A stretch of 64,000 nt of DNA from Botryllus schlosseri. Its lineage: Eukaryota. Below the pieces are notes generated by a model. That model was given only the letters and a program-made list of their open reading frames with translations. It ran no database searches and was not told the DNA's origin. Made by a program: the position numbers and the translations under genes. Positions 62,640-64,000 of the stretch are shown here, piece by piece. The stretch spans positions 13,952,001 to 14,016,000 of the forward strand of contig CM119372.1 in NCBI GenBank assembly GCA_051294905.1, given 5' to 3'. How positions within the stretch are numbered: the stretch's first letter is position 1; every line of letters begins with the position of its first letter.

Positions 62640-64000
62640 CAGTGGTTCTTAACCTTGCCTCCAGCGCCCCCAAGGGGCGCTGGCGATTTTGAAGGGGGCG
62701 GAAACGCTCAGGGGCGCTGGCATCAGTAGGGCGTTAGGGGGCGCTGAAGAAAAATGGCTTCTCAGCAGATGATGTAGTAGTAGCACATATCCTTAATGAG
62801 TATTCAGAGCAAATTAACATTCCACAAAACATGTCAAATCCCGAAATTCTTTGTCGCGCTTCGCGACGATGTTTGTTACATAGGCTACGTTTTCATAAAT
62901 GTAGTGGGTTATTAGAATTCGTGTAAAATGAATTGCGCGTACTTTTAGATCGCCAATTCCCCGTTAAAACAATGCCGTCACGCTTACTAGGGTTATTTTC
63001 AACAAAATGTTTCGAACTAGGTATTATATCCTGCAGCACACAGCGTGTGGAAATCGAAGAAGAAGGCACTGCCTAGCCTATCACTTTTGAGAGTGTGAGC
63101 CCATTGTAGATAAAATAGGTTTTGAAGCTTTGTGCACGAAATGAATAACTAAATATAATTGCATTTGAGAGCTACAAAATATTTGTCAGAGTAATTCTTC
63201 ATCCTGTCATGAAGGAGGATACTCTCTAGTGTTGTGGTCCACAACCTCACAAGAACGTTATATAATATGAGTTGATTTGTTTGGAATACATTCATGTTAA
63301 AAACTGGGTACAGCACTAAACTAAATGCATCCCATTCTCAGTTGACTTACTTAGTCATACAAAGCACTAAAACAAAATCCCTTACCATTAATTTCCCCGT
63401 ATTGCCAATCGCCAATAGCAGATGTGAATTCGGGTTGGTTTGAACCACAGGGTATGGGAACGTACCCGATTGTTGTTATAACAACCTTGATTTGCCCATG
63501 AATATACCACATACAATTATCATATGGTTTATTATAGACGAGTGGTCTTCGAGAAATATTTCCAATACTAAAGTCCCGAAAATACCGACTGGACTTTGAC
63601 CTCTTACCAGGACCGAAACTGCTGCAACTCAAACCCCCAATCAAGGGGGAGGGGGGAGCTTGAAGGGTGCCCAAAATTATTTCGGTCAATGAACATGAAT
63701 GACAAACAGGCATTTTGGCGTCGGCCATTACCACGCCATGATGCACGAAGACATATGAAGCTCGGGCCAATATGGGACTCCGAGAAGTGTGCCAGAAGAT
63801 CGTCAGTGGGAAAACCTTAGGCGAAGAGGAGTGCCCTTATGTTAACCGTCAACTTCGATGTATTCATTGTCCATATGTGCGTGAATCGCTCGAATTATCA
63901 TGTCGTCGCAAGCTGCACCCCACAGGACAATAAATAACATCCATCAGAGAAAGATTTGCCAGTGAATAAATACCAATTTTGAATCGTGTGCTTTCTTGAG
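62640..64000. mobile_element. hAT element, same family as 56325-58185, running off the window end
   Basis: Starts CAGTGGTTCTTAACCTTGCCTCCAGCGCCCCC, identical to 56325; right end not seen. Confidence 0.8.

Overview
AT-rich animal DNA, most likely an invertebrate chordate such as an ascidian (inferred from the Hox1 sequence and gene structure, not proven). I can support one host gene: a + strand Hox1/labial homeobox gene with three coding exons (35770-36637, 49886-50064, 50235-50687; 499 aa when spliced). The ORF track misses the middle exon, which carries most of the homeodomain. Intron 1 is 13.2 kb; intron 2 (170 bp) splits the homeodomain between Q44 and V45. I saw no other homeobox in about 35 kb upstream or 13 kb downstream. 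By eye, about half or more of the window is transposon-derived. It includes many non-autonomous hAT-type elements with readable 8-bp target-site duplications (TSDs), nested up to 4-5 levels; pogo/Tigger and Chapaev3-like transposase remnants; piggyBac-like and foldback MITEs; L2/CR1-group LINE remnants; tRNA-derived SINEs; and one young, GC-rich, 5'-truncated RTE-like LINE. TE-poor islands (about 18.5-26 kb, 33-38 kb and 42.3-47.5 kb) contain candidate retinoic-acid response elements (RAREs) and Pbx/Meis/Hox motifs, which are the best leads. I found no convincing novel protein-coding system. The regulatory calls are motif-level hypotheses only.
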